IMG/VR virus record: IMGVR_UViG_3300010400_000027
Coordinates: 1 to 48,040 of that record
Length of the DNA stretch: 48,040 bases
Reading direction: 5' to 3' (one strand)
DNA from: a virus
Lineage: Duplodnaviria; Caudoviricetes
Shown here piece after piece: positions 18,325 through 27,515 of the stretch. Each line of letters opens with the position of its first letter. The first letter of the stretch is position 1. The notes beneath the pieces were generated by a model. That model was not told where the DNA came from and did no database searches. It saw only the letters and a list, made by a program, of their open reading frames with translations. The position numbers were made by a program, and so were the translations under genes.

Positions 18325-20312
18325 TCATGAAACCGGCGGCTCTATTTGTAGTTCCTCCATATTCTACACTAGGGCCACCTGCGGGTATGGCATATCTATT
18401 AGGATATTTACGAGATCAAAAATGTAATGATTTTTCATTTATTGATCTTCGATTAGGTATGCCTACAACTTACGCACCTACATATGTTAGTACAGGAGTA
18501 TTTGGAGAGGGGTATGTCATGGATATACCTGATTTACCTCTCGTACTCTGTTTATTAAAAACATTTAAAAATGGAACTAACTTAAATAATGCATTTGATT
18601 TACTTCCTATCAATTATACTCAAGAACGAGGTATATCTAGAGTTTATTTAAATGACTATTTACATTGTATGAACGCTTATTTATCTGAAGTAACTGAACG
18701 AATAGACGCGAAATTCATTGGATGTTCAACATGGACATCGAATTATTTAATGACTTTATTATTTTGTGCCTATTTGAAAAGACGGAAGAATCCCCCTATA
18801 ATTGTATTAGGTGGACCACAAACTACTCAGAGTGAATCTAGTGCTAATCTAGCATTAACTAGTGGATTAGTAGATTATGTAATCAAGGGTGAGGGTGAAA
18901 TATCATTATTTGAATTATATTCTGGTGGATCAAATTCAAATATAGTATCAAATCAACTAATGAAAATGAATAATATTCCAATTCCAGATTACGATCAGAT
19001 GCATCTTAGATCATATGAAAATATAGGTCTTCCATTAGTTTCATATCATTTATCTAGGGGATGTACTGATAAATGTACATTCTGTAGTGAATGGCAATTT
19101 TGGGAAAGATTTAGACCTGGAGATGGTATTCAAACTGTAGAAGGAATTAAAGAATTACAAAAAAGATATGGAATTCAATATATCGAATTTACTGATTCAT
19201 TATTAAACGGACATCCTGGTAAATTGCATGATTTTGTAGAGGGAATGTTAGCATTAGATACTCCAGTTAAATGGGGTGGATTCATGCGTGCTAACATGAC
19301 ATATGATTATGCAAAAACACTTAAAAAAGCAGGATGTCGAGATGTATTTGTTGGAATAGAATCAATGTCAAATGATACATTAAACTTAATGAATAAACGT
19401 CGAACCGAACCTCAAAATATCGAAGCATTACGCGCTTTTTTATCAGCCGGAATTAGAGTAGTCGCAGGAGTTATTCCAGGATTTCCAGGTGATACTCGTG
19501 AGGCATTCACTCATACAATTCAGTTATTAACTGATATAATGCAAGAATTTCCTAATACATTTAGGACTCATGTTGAACCATTTACTGTTGCACCAGGTCA
19601 GCCATTATATAAAAATTTAGAATCTTATGGATTAAATGGAATACGTTGGGATGATGAAACAGTAAACATTATGCCAGAGTATGAAAATATAGTTAATAAA
19701 ATATATTGTAAGGTAGAAGGATCTAGTCAGGGTCTAGAACGTGTAGGTCGATTAAAAATGGTTCAAAGTATTAGAATTGATGCTCCAGTTCGTGTTGATA
19801 TATTTGATTGTCAAGGTGAAGAATTTATTGTTAGAACTGAATTTGATTTTGATTTTATAGTCACTGGATGGCATATTGCTAGAATTAAGAGTAATAAGGG
19901 ATTTATTTATTCATTAATTGTAACTGACGAAGAAAAAGAAATATTAGAAATTAGTGGATGCGATGTATTAGCTCAACCTCATATCCGGAAATTAACTAGT
20001 GATATTGAATTAAAACATATCATTCCTCCATTTACGATAGATAGATTAATTTCAGGTGGATATAAAACTCAATTAGAAAATGAATATACAATATCACCTT
20101 ATGTCATCGCGCGCTCGATAGATGATGAAATATGTGTAGTTGAAGTAATTGAACCGAGATTCATTATGATTCCTAATAGATATTCTATAATGCTTATGAA
20201 CGATGTAATTAATCCTTCTTATGAAGATTTAGATATAATTAAACTTCTTTCTGATAATGGCATGATTCTTTCTATAGGAGGACAAGTAGGAGAATGTAAT
20301 GTTAAAAATTGA
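18321..20312 (+). CDS. cobalamin-binding radical SAM enzyme (class B methyltransferase-like) with C-terminal RRE/PqqD-like extension
   Basis: PPAGMAYLLGYL, IIVLGGPQ, VDYVIKGEGE (B12-binding domain); SRGCTDKCTFC (CX3CX2C); FTDSLLN, AGCRDVFVGIES, IPGFPGDT. Confidence 0.9.
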   Translation: MIMKPAALFVVPPYSTLGPPAGMAYLLGYLRDQKCNDFSFIDLRLGMPTTYAPTYVSTGVFGEGYVMDIPDLPLVLCLLKTFKNGTNLNNAFDLLPINYTQERGISRVYLNDYLHCMNAYLSEVTERIDAKFIGCSTWTSNYLMTLLFCAYLKRRKNPPIIVLGGPQTTQSESSANLALTSGLVDYVIKGEGEISLFELYSGGSNSNIVSNQLMKMNNIPIPDYDQMHLRSYENIGLPLVSYHLSRGCTDKCTFCSEWQFWERFRPGDGIQTVEGIKELQKRYGIQYIEFTDSLLNGHPGKLHDFVEGMLALDTPVKWGGFMRANMTYDYAKTLKKAGCRDVFVGIESMSNDTLNLMNKRRTEPQNIEALRAFLSAGIRVVAGVIPGFPGDTREAFTHTIQLLTDIMQEFPNTFRTHVEPFTVAPGQPLYKNLESYGLNGIRWDDETVNIMPEYENIVNKIYCKVEGSSQGLERVGRLKMVQSIRIDAPVRVDIFDCQGEEFIVRTEFDFDFIVTGWHIARIKSNKGFIYSLIVTDEEKEILEISGCDVLAQPHIRKLTSDIELKHIIPPFTIDRLISGGYKTQLENEYTISPYVIARSIDDEICVVEVIEPRFIMIPNRYSIMLMNDVINPSYEDLDIIKLLSDNGMILSIGGQVGECNVKN

Positions 20313-20469
20313 AATTGAAGGTATAGACGATTTAATAGCTTTTATTAATATTATTGTTGGTTTTACACTACGAAATGAAATGAATGAAGTTTCTAAAAGT
20401 TTGGACGAATCTACTAATGAATTGGATAATGCAATCGAACAGGAGAGAAAGAATGAATCCAGTAGTTGA
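20299..20469 (+). CDS. 56-aa hypothetical protein MLKIEIEGIDDLIAF...
   Basis: AGGAG RBS; overlaps rSAM end and next start; not in the ORF track. Confidence 0.55.
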   Translation: MLKIEIEGIDDLIAFINIIVGFTLRNEMNEVSKSLDESTNELDNAIEQERKNESSS

Positions 20470-20680
20470 TGCAATCGGACCATCTGTAGCTAAGGCAAAA
20501 GGTGCTATGTCTTCAGCAGTTACACTTATTAATAGTATTTCTTCGCGCTTGACTGCTGCTGTCGCTAAGGCATTAGAAAATGGTGCTACTGAAGAACAAC
20601 TAAAACCAGTAGTTGATGAAGTAGCTGATTTGAATTCTGGTTCAGATGAATTGGCTAAAGCAGTGGCTGATAATCCTTAA
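20453..20680 (+). CDS. small Ala-rich coiled-coil protein (MNPVVDAIG...)
   Basis: AGGAG RBS before ATG 20453. Confidence 0.7.
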   Translation: MNPVVDAIGPSVAKAKGAMSSAVTLINSISSRLTAAVAKALENGATEEQLKPVVDEVADLNSGSDELAKAVADNP

Positions 20681-20727
20681 CTATACTATGGGGGATGCGC
20701 ATCCATATCACGCATAATTAGAATAAA

Positions 20728-22248
20728 ATGAGTCCTACATATAGAGATCATCAACCGATCACGATTGATGAATTTAATGGTCTTTGGAACCGTGGAGACG
20801 CAGATAATACTCCTTTAGATCATTTTCAGGATTGTAATAACGTTAAATATAAGGGATCATCTTCTTTTTCAACTAGAGATGGTATAGGAATTAGTCAGGA
20901 TGTCGCGGTTCCATTATCTAATGTAATAAGAATTTATAATTATCCTACATATTATGGTAATACACTTATAGTTCTTGTAATAAATGAAGCTGGAGTGGGT
21001 GAAATTCATCATGTGGTTAATGCAACTACTACATATGGACCATTATTATCAATTGATGGAATGACTGATTTCGCGTTTGTTCCATATGCCGGGAGGGGAT
21101 ATATTAGTCCTTTTGGAACGTTTAATGTAGGTGGATTAAATATTGAAAAAGGGTTAGAGGGTGAATTTCTCTATGTTTATGCTGGTAGTGGTAATCCTGC
21201 ACGAAAGGCTGCTGGATCTCCATTATCAGGATCTCTTACGATTGCAAATGGATCGGCAGGTTTTACAGATCCAGGATTTCATATCTTCGCATTTGTCGCT
21301 GAAACTATAAGTGGATATTTAACGGCTCCAGGCGCGATGAAATCATTTCCTACATCAGCACTATCATCGGTGTCATTTGGTAATGTGCCAACATCAGGTA
21401 ATCCTATTATAACTAAGAGACATTTAGTAGCAACTAAAGTGATAACTAATTTTAATGGTGACTTAAGTGGATATCAATTCTTTTTTGTTCCAAATGCCAC
21501 AATTAATAACGATACTGATACTTTTCTGAATAATATATCATTTTTTGATGCTGATTTATTGGATGATGCTTCGCATTTAATTGATAATTATGCATCTATA
21601 CCTGCTGGAGCGGCTCTTACTATATATCATGATAGACTTTGCTTATTTACAACATTTGATGATATTTCAATTGGATTAGTATCAGCTATAGGTGAACCTG
21701 AAGCGATTGATCAGATATCAGGTATTATTGCAGTACCTCCTGATGGAAATCCAATTACTAATGGACAAGAATTACGTGATTTATTATATGTGACTAAGCG
21801 TTCTAGAACAGTTTCATTTATAGATAATAATGATGATCCTTCTACTTGGCCTATAGTTACTGTAGACACCGCGCTCGGAACTTCGGTTCATGGTATCGCA
21901 ACTGTTCTTGATTCTGGTGGTAGCTCTGTTGATTATCTTATTGTGTGTACTTATCAAGGAATAACATTATTTAATGGACGTTTCGTTATACCCGAATTAA
22001 GTTGGAAAATAGAGGATTTTTGGAGATCATTAGATAGAAATGAATTTAGACATATTCAGATAGTTAACGCACCTATTCAAAAGGAAATTTATGTAGTTTT
22101 ACCTAATGGTAATGTATTAGCAGGAAATTATGCAAATGGATTTGATCCTAAGAAAATTAGATGGGGTCCATGGTCATATGGAATTAATATAAATACGGTT
22201 GCTATTCATAATATTGATGAAATAATTTTAGGAGCTAATCTATTATAA
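20728..22248 (+). CDS. tail nozzle / packaged-DNA stabilization protein (P22 gp10-like), N-terminal part
   Basis: FNGL start, DCNNV...TRDG, YHDRLCLF, beta-propeller-like repeats. Confidence 0.65.
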   Translation: MSPTYRDHQPITIDEFNGLWNRGDADNTPLDHFQDCNNVKYKGSSSFSTRDGIGISQDVAVPLSNVIRIYNYPTYYGNTLIVLVINEAGVGEIHHVVNATTTYGPLLSIDGMTDFAFVPYAGRGYISPFGTFNVGGLNIEKGLEGEFLYVYAGSGNPARKAAGSPLSGSLTIANGSAGFTDPGFHIFAFVAETISGYLTAPGAMKSFPTSALSSVSFGNVPTSGNPIITKRHLVATKVITNFNGDLSGYQFFFVPNATINNDTDTFLNNISFFDADLLDDASHLIDNYASIPAGAALTIYHDRLCLFTTFDDISIGLVSAIGEPEAIDQISGIIAVPPDGNPITNGQELRDLLYVTKRSRTVSFIDNNDDPSTWPIVTVDTALGTSVHGIATVLDSGGSSVDYLIVCTYQGITLFNGRFVIPELSWKIEDFWRSLDRNEFRHIQIVNAPIQKEIYVVLPNGNVLAGNYANGFDPKKIRWGPWSYGININTVAIHNIDEIILGANLL

Positions 22249-23450
22249 TGGGTACTTTTACTATAATTCCTACCTCTTTAAGTAGTGGAGGTACTCCATT
22301 TTTTGATTTATTTACTGAAAGCCCTGGAAGTATTTATGGTTATTGGTATTATACATCAGAATTTAATGGTGTTAAAACTTTATTAGAATTAATAACAAGT
22401 CTTGTTGATTTACCATTTAGTGGATTTTCAGCATTTTCTGAAGGTCTAATAGTACCAACTACATTTACAGATACAATTAGACTTACTAATTCTGGTAATT
22501 GTATTTTCTTGGATGGTTCACCTGTTGGAGTGAACATTAATTCACTTCCAACTGGATTTACTCCACTTACAGCTTCAATAGAAATTGATCCAACGATTGA
22601 TATTCAACCCGATATAGCAGGTGGTGGTGTATGTGAATATTTTCTCCAAAAATTAGCGGGAAATAATGGCACTGCTAATACTAGTTCATTTCCTTATGAC
22701 TTTAATACTGAAGCACATACTATGTTAGCAATTCATAATAATGGACTTGGATTTAAAGTTCATATGGTTGCTAATTTGGGTATAGCACAAATTCAAACTA
22801 TATTTGGATTAAGAATAGAAGGAACTTATGAAATTCAATCCTTTTCATTCACATTAAATCCATCACCCTTACCATTAAGACCAGGTAGTCAAATATTAGT
22901 TACATCAGTTGGACCGGATAGTGGATTAAATCTTAGTGAATTAGTTATAGATAATGGTGATGGGACATCAGGTATAAATATTATAGTTGGATCAATTTCA
23001 TATAATATTCCTTCATCTAATATTGTAGAATATACCTCAACATCATTAATATTTATAGTTCCTTCATCATTCATTCCAACTACTCAAGATATTGAAGTAA
23101 CTGTAGAGGGAAATGGAACTCAATTCTCCGGTTCAATGTCTTTAGGAATATTGGAAATATTAAATGAAGATGCGTCGGGAATTTATCGAATAGTTAAAAA
23201 TAAAACTAGTGATACATTTTATGTTAAAAGTGCATTTGTATCTGTAATAAATTTATTGTTTTCTAGTTCAACTGAATTATTTGTAATGAATGATGATATA
23301 TTTGATATTCAATTGAATCCTTATCGAATAATTGAATCTGAAGTTTTATCAGAAGAAGATGATTTATTCTTAATTTCGGAATTACATACTGTGACTTCTG
23401 ATGTTGGTATCTCTAATATCTTCGCGCGTACTGGATTTGTAGGAACATGA
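22248..23450 (+). CDS. beta-rich virion protein
   Basis: Ser/Ile/Thr-rich, Ig/IPT-like C-terminal half. Confidence 0.55.
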   Translation: MGTFTIIPTSLSSGGTPFFDLFTESPGSIYGYWYYTSEFNGVKTLLELITSLVDLPFSGFSAFSEGLIVPTTFTDTIRLTNSGNCIFLDGSPVGVNINSLPTGFTPLTASIEIDPTIDIQPDIAGGGVCEYFLQKLAGNNGTANTSSFPYDFNTEAHTMLAIHNNGLGFKVHMVANLGIAQIQTIFGLRIEGTYEIQSFSFTLNPSPLPLRPGSQILVTSVGPDSGLNLSELVIDNGDGTSGINIIVGSISYNIPSSNIVEYTSTSLIFIVPSSFIPTTQDIEVTVEGNGTQFSGSMSLGILEILNEDASGIYRIVKNKTSDTFYVKSAFVSVINLLFSSSTELFVMNDDIFDIQLNPYRIIESEVLSEEDDLFLISELHTVTSDVGISNIFARTGFVGT

Positions 23451-23734
23451 AATCATCATTTATTGGTGAAATTCTTCATTTTAATGGAACGCGAATTCGC
23501 CTTAATGGAAGTGGTAATCTTAAACTATATTTGCGTAGTTTAGATAATATAAATAGTAATCAATTAAGTTCAATATCTATGTTACCATTAACTAATCGAG
23601 AACCAACAGTCCTCGCGAATTTTATTGATCAACGTGGTCAACTAGAGGTTCGAATTACTGATAGGGATGAAACCTTTACTATTTCAAGGATTATACTTTT
23701 CATAAGACCAATTGCTTCGGAATTTCCAAGGTAG
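23447..23734 (+). CDS. small protein resembling the C-terminal domain of nozzle proteins
   Basis: RIRLNGSG...RGQLEVRIT...FTISRIILF pattern. Confidence 0.5.
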   Translation: MKSSFIGEILHFNGTRIRLNGSGNLKLYLRSLDNINSNQLSSISMLPLTNREPTVLANFIDQRGQLEVRITDRDETFTISRIILFIRPIASEFPR

Positions 23735-23741
23735 GATGAAT

Positions 23742-24113
23742 ATGGCAGCAAATAAAACATTCCGATTTGGACCTATTGCATTAACATCTACTTTAACTAC
23801 TAATTTACTTAATCCTCCTACTGCTACTGGCGGAGTTAATGGTGGGAGTAGCAGTCAATATATCATATTACGGCATATACGAATCGTGAATAAGACTGCA
23901 GGCGCGGTGACGTGTTCATTCTTTTTAGGTGCAACTGGTGCTAATGTTGCTGGAACTGAAGTTATAGGAATTGGATTATCAGTCGCGGCTAATAGTTTTG
24001 TTGATTGGTTTGGTCTTCTACGATTGGATGCTGCTGATTTCTTAGTTGGTGGAGCATCTGCTAATACTTCATTGAGCATTACTGGAGAGGGAGAAATTGG
24101 AGTGGCGGGCTAA
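23742..24113 (+). CDS. small virion jelly-roll-like protein
   Basis: IILRHIRIVNKT...SVAANSFV...LDAADFL...SITGE pattern. Confidence 0.6.
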   Translation: MAANKTFRFGPIALTSTLTTNLLNPPTATGGVNGGSSSQYIILRHIRIVNKTAGAVTCSFFLGATGANVAGTEVIGIGLSVAANSFVDWFGLLRLDAADFLVGGASANTSLSITGEGEIGVAG

Positions 24114-24130
24114 TTCTACTAAGTAGGAAG

Positions 24131-24847
24131 ATGAGTTTTGATCCGAGTAGGTTATATTCGGCGTTACTTAATACAGGTTTACAAACCAAAGATAATCCTT
24201 TATATCAAGTAATATATCAATTAATTACGGCGACTAGTAAAATCACAAATGAATTAAATGGAGTGGTTAGTTCTAGGTCAGGATCGGGATCATCTAGTTC
24301 AGTAATTAATCAAATACTATTTGGATTAACTGCAAGTGATGGATTAGATGGTCAAGATAGTTATATTCCTGGTCCTCAAGGATCTATCGGTCCTGTCGGT
24401 TCATCTGGATTACCTGGAGTAAGTGGAATTGATGGAATTGATGGTATTGATGGAATATCATTTGGAATAGGCCAGACTCAATCACAGAATATTAGACAGA
24501 TTGGAATAACAATAGATGGCGGAGGATCAGTTCTTACTACTGGATTAAAAGGATTCAAATCATTTCCTGTTAATGGAACTATTATAGGAGTTAGATTATT
24601 AGCAGATCAATCTGGTTCAATTGTAATTGATATATGGAAAGATATCTTCGCGAATTTTCCTCCTACTATAGCAGATACAATTACAGCTTCTGCCTTACCG
24701 ACTATAACTACTGCGGTATCTTCAGAAGATATTACATTAACAGGATGGAGTACATCAGTTAAGGCAGGAGATGTATTTGCATTCAATGTAAATTCAGTGA
24801 CTTCAATTACTAGAATAGTTCTTGAATTAACTATTGTAATATCATGA
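24131..24847 (+). CDS. collagen-like tail fibre/needle protein
   Basis: G-X-Y run GPQGSIGPVGSSGLPGVSGIDGIDGIDG; C-terminal GGGSVLTTGLKG...ADQSGSIVIDIWK domain. Confidence 0.7.
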   Translation: MSFDPSRLYSALLNTGLQTKDNPLYQVIYQLITATSKITNELNGVVSSRSGSGSSSSVINQILFGLTASDGLDGQDSYIPGPQGSIGPVGSSGLPGVSGIDGIDGIDGISFGIGQTQSQNIRQIGITIDGGGSVLTTGLKGFKSFPVNGTIIGVRLLADQSGSIVIDIWKDIFANFPPTIADTITASALPTITTAVSSEDITLTGWSTSVKAGDVFAFNVNSVTSITRIVLELTIVIS

Positions 24848-25524
24848 TTTCTGTAGTTCAAACTACATCGAAGCAACAGGGATTAAATGTAACTACATTA
24901 TCATTTAATCTTACTAGTGTATTAGCTGGAAGTACTATATTCGTAGCTCTATTCGCATGGCATAGTGGGGGAACTGATCAAAGTATTAGTGTGAGTGATG
25001 GTGATGGCAAATATTCACGCGATTGTTTCTATCAGAATGCACTTGAAGGTGTAGTTGGAATATTTCGATTACAGAATGCATCGGCAGGAACTCATGCAAT
25101 CGTAATAAATTGCGTGTCATCCTCGAATTATATTAATGCATGTGCGATAGAAGTCTCGACTGGAAATCACGTACTCGCGCTTGATAATAGTAATTTCGCG
25201 AGAGGAAATTCAACTACACCATCATCAGGAGCTATCAATGTTTCATTAAATGCTAATGAATTTATTATAACTTCGATGGTAATTCCAGTTAATCAAGCAT
25301 CAATTACTGTTGAGGTAACATCTCCTATTTGGACTCAGGTAATTGAAGATTTAGATTTTTCTACTAGTATTGCAGGTGAAATTGATCGTAAGATTGTATC
25401 GAGCGCGGGGTCCTATACTGCTAATTGGACCTTAGCATCATCTGGTGTATGGGCTGCTGTTATAGCAAGTTATATTGAATATGGTACAGTAGTAGGTGGT
25501 GGAGAACATTCCTCTGTTTTTTAG
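24844..25524 (+). CDS. tail fibre-associated beta protein
   Basis: ATGA overlap; two-repeat beta sandwich ending WAAVIASY. Confidence 0.55.
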   Translation: MISVVQTTSKQQGLNVTTLSFNLTSVLAGSTIFVALFAWHSGGTDQSISVSDGDGKYSRDCFYQNALEGVVGIFRLQNASAGTHAIVINCVSSSNYINACAIEVSTGNHVLALDNSNFARGNSTTPSSGAINVSLNANEFIITSMVIPVNQASITVEVTSPIWTQVIEDLDFSTSIAGEIDRKIVSSAGSYTANWTLASSGVWAAVIASYIEYGTVVGGGEHSSVF

Positions 25525-25533
25525 GATAATATA

Positions 25534-26460
25534 ATGGCTGGAATACAAGCTCAACGTGAAGTGGGAATAAATCCTAATCCATATGCATTACCTCCACCAG
25601 CTAATGCATTAACTAATCAATATAAATTGTATAATTCCGGAGTCCAACAGAATGCTGAGGACTACGGCGGAATTATGCAAGGTTATAAAAATCTAGCAGC
25701 TTCTGCTGGAACTAACGCTAATTTATCTGGTTATAAACCTACTATGATGCAAACTGGAGGAACTCAGTTTACTCCACAAACATCTCCATATAAACAGTCA
25801 GCTGATTTAACTTCGGCTATTGGTAATTTGCGAGGACTCTCCGAAACTGGTGGATATACCCCTGAAGGTATAGCAGATATTCGGGCGCGTGGAATAAGTC
25901 CAATTAGATCAATTTATGCGGGTGCAAATAGAGATATAGATAGAAACAGGGCATTAAAAGGTGGATTCAGTCCAGGATATAATGCAGCGAAACTCAAAAT
26001 GGCTCGTGAAATGAGTGATCAGATAGGAAATCAAGTAACTAATGTTAATGCAGGTATAGCCCAAAATGTAGCCCAAAATAGATTACAAGCTGCACCTCAA
26101 TTAACAAATGTTACGGGTGGGCAATCTGATCTAGCTAATCAAATGGGTCAAAATAATGCACAAATGATGAATCAAGGCAATTTAGCGAATATCGCTAATA
26201 CTATGCAGACTGGACAATTTAATGCTAATGCAGCTAATCAAGCTGGACAATTTAATGCTCAACAAAGATTACAACCTCAACAGACTCAATTAGCCGCATT
26301 ACAGGGACAAGCATCATTATATGGAACTACTCCCGCGCTCAGTCAATTATTCGGTAATCAGGCAATGCAACACGCCCAAACTCAAAATCAAATTAATCAA
26401 CAGGGTAATCAACTAAATGCAAATTTAGCTGGTGAAGGTATGCGGAGAATGGCAGGATAA
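25534..26460 (+). CDS. internal virion / DNA ejection protein
   Basis: Q/N/A/G-rich helical protein with GQFNA repeats, after the tail genes. Confidence 0.6.
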   Translation: MAGIQAQREVGINPNPYALPPPANALTNQYKLYNSGVQQNAEDYGGIMQGYKNLAASAGTNANLSGYKPTMMQTGGTQFTPQTSPYKQSADLTSAIGNLRGLSETGGYTPEGIADIRARGISPIRSIYAGANRDIDRNRALKGGFSPGYNAAKLKMAREMSDQIGNQVTNVNAGIAQNVAQNRLQAAPQLTNVTGGQSDLANQMGQNNAQMMNQGNLANIANTMQTGQFNANAANQAGQFNAQQRLQPQQTQLAALQGQASLYGTTPALSQLFGNQAMQHAQTQNQINQQGNQLNANLAGEGMRRMAG

Positions 26461-26462
26461 TT

Positions 26463-27515
26463 ATGCCAGGATCATTTGTTGATAAGTTAAGAATGAATAA
26501 TATCTATCCATCTGGACCTGATAGTAATCCATTTGGTTCGCCTGATTTATCTGCTGGTGGTATTAATCCTCAATTAATTGGGCAATTAATGCAACAAGCT
26601 CAAGGATTCCAACAGACTGGTCAAGATAGACAATGGCGTCGTGAAGATAATGTATATGCTCGTAATCGGGCTGATCGATTATCTGATATCGGTTCTCAAA
26701 TAAATCAATCTCCCCCTCAACAGCCCCAAATGAATACTGTATTTAGACAAGATCCAACTCAATTAACTGCATTTCAGAAAGGTTCGTTGGAGCAAGATAA
26801 AAATGAATTAGCTCAAAAATCAGCTTATCAGTCTGGAATGTTAAAAGAGAAAACAAATGTAGATACAGCGAAACTCAAGAATATAGATGAAGATCAATTG
26901 GTTAGGCAACAACGAGCTAATGCGTATGATTTCAAATCAAGAAATCCAAATCATAAATTCATAATGAGTAATGATGGAACTATTCATGCAATTAATCCAT
27001 TAACTAATGAAGATACTCCTATTCCAACTGGGGGTATGAGCGCGAGAGAAAAACAAGAATTAATAGGTAATCAACGATCTGATTTATTAAGTCAAAAAGC
27101 AGATCAAGATTTAAATATGCAAGGAGTTAAAGGAGATCAGAATCTAGCGAATATTGCTGCTAGAACATCTGGTCAACAATCCATCAATGAAGCTAAACCA
27201 ATTAAAGAAGAATTACCTACACAGACTAAAGTAAGAAATAGTAATGCTGCTCAAGGTTTGATTAATAGTAGACCTGATTTAGCACTATTCATTCAGAAAA
27301 GTCCTGATGGATTTTATCAAATAACTCCACCATCCCAACCTAATGGATTCCAGAAATATTTCAATATGAGTCCATCAGGTCCATCTCAAACTCAATTCGA
27401 CGAAATCAATAAATTACTGTCATCTCCTAATCAATCTGAACCTACTAAAACCACGACCAAACCAGTAACTAAGAAACCAGAGGTTAAGAGTAAGTATAAA
27501 GTAACGGTGGAATAA
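26463..27515 (+). CDS. internal virion / DNA ejection protein
   Basis: Q-rich, position in ejection cluster. Confidence 0.55.
   Translation: MPGSFVDKLRMNNIYPSGPDSNPFGSPDLSAGGINPQLIGQLMQQAQGFQQTGQDRQWRREDNVYARNRADRLSDIGSQINQSPPQQPQMNTVFRQDPTQLTAFQKGSLEQDKNELAQKSAYQSGMLKEKTNVDTAKLKNIDEDQLVRQQRANAYDFKSRNPNHKFIMSNDGTIHAINPLTNEDTPIPTGGMSAREKQELIGNQRSDLLSQKADQDLNMQGVKGDQNLANIAARTSGQQSINEAKPIKEELPTQTKVRNSNAAQGLINSRPDLALFIQKSPDGFYQITPPSQPNGFQKYFNMSPSGPSQTQFDEINKLLSSPNQSEPTKTTTKPVTKKPEVKSKYKVTVE

Noticed and set aside
18209-18427. 72-aa ORF overlapping the rSAM start
   Set aside because: No RBS and overlaps two real genes; the 20-aa ORF at 18262 owns the AAGGAGG RBS
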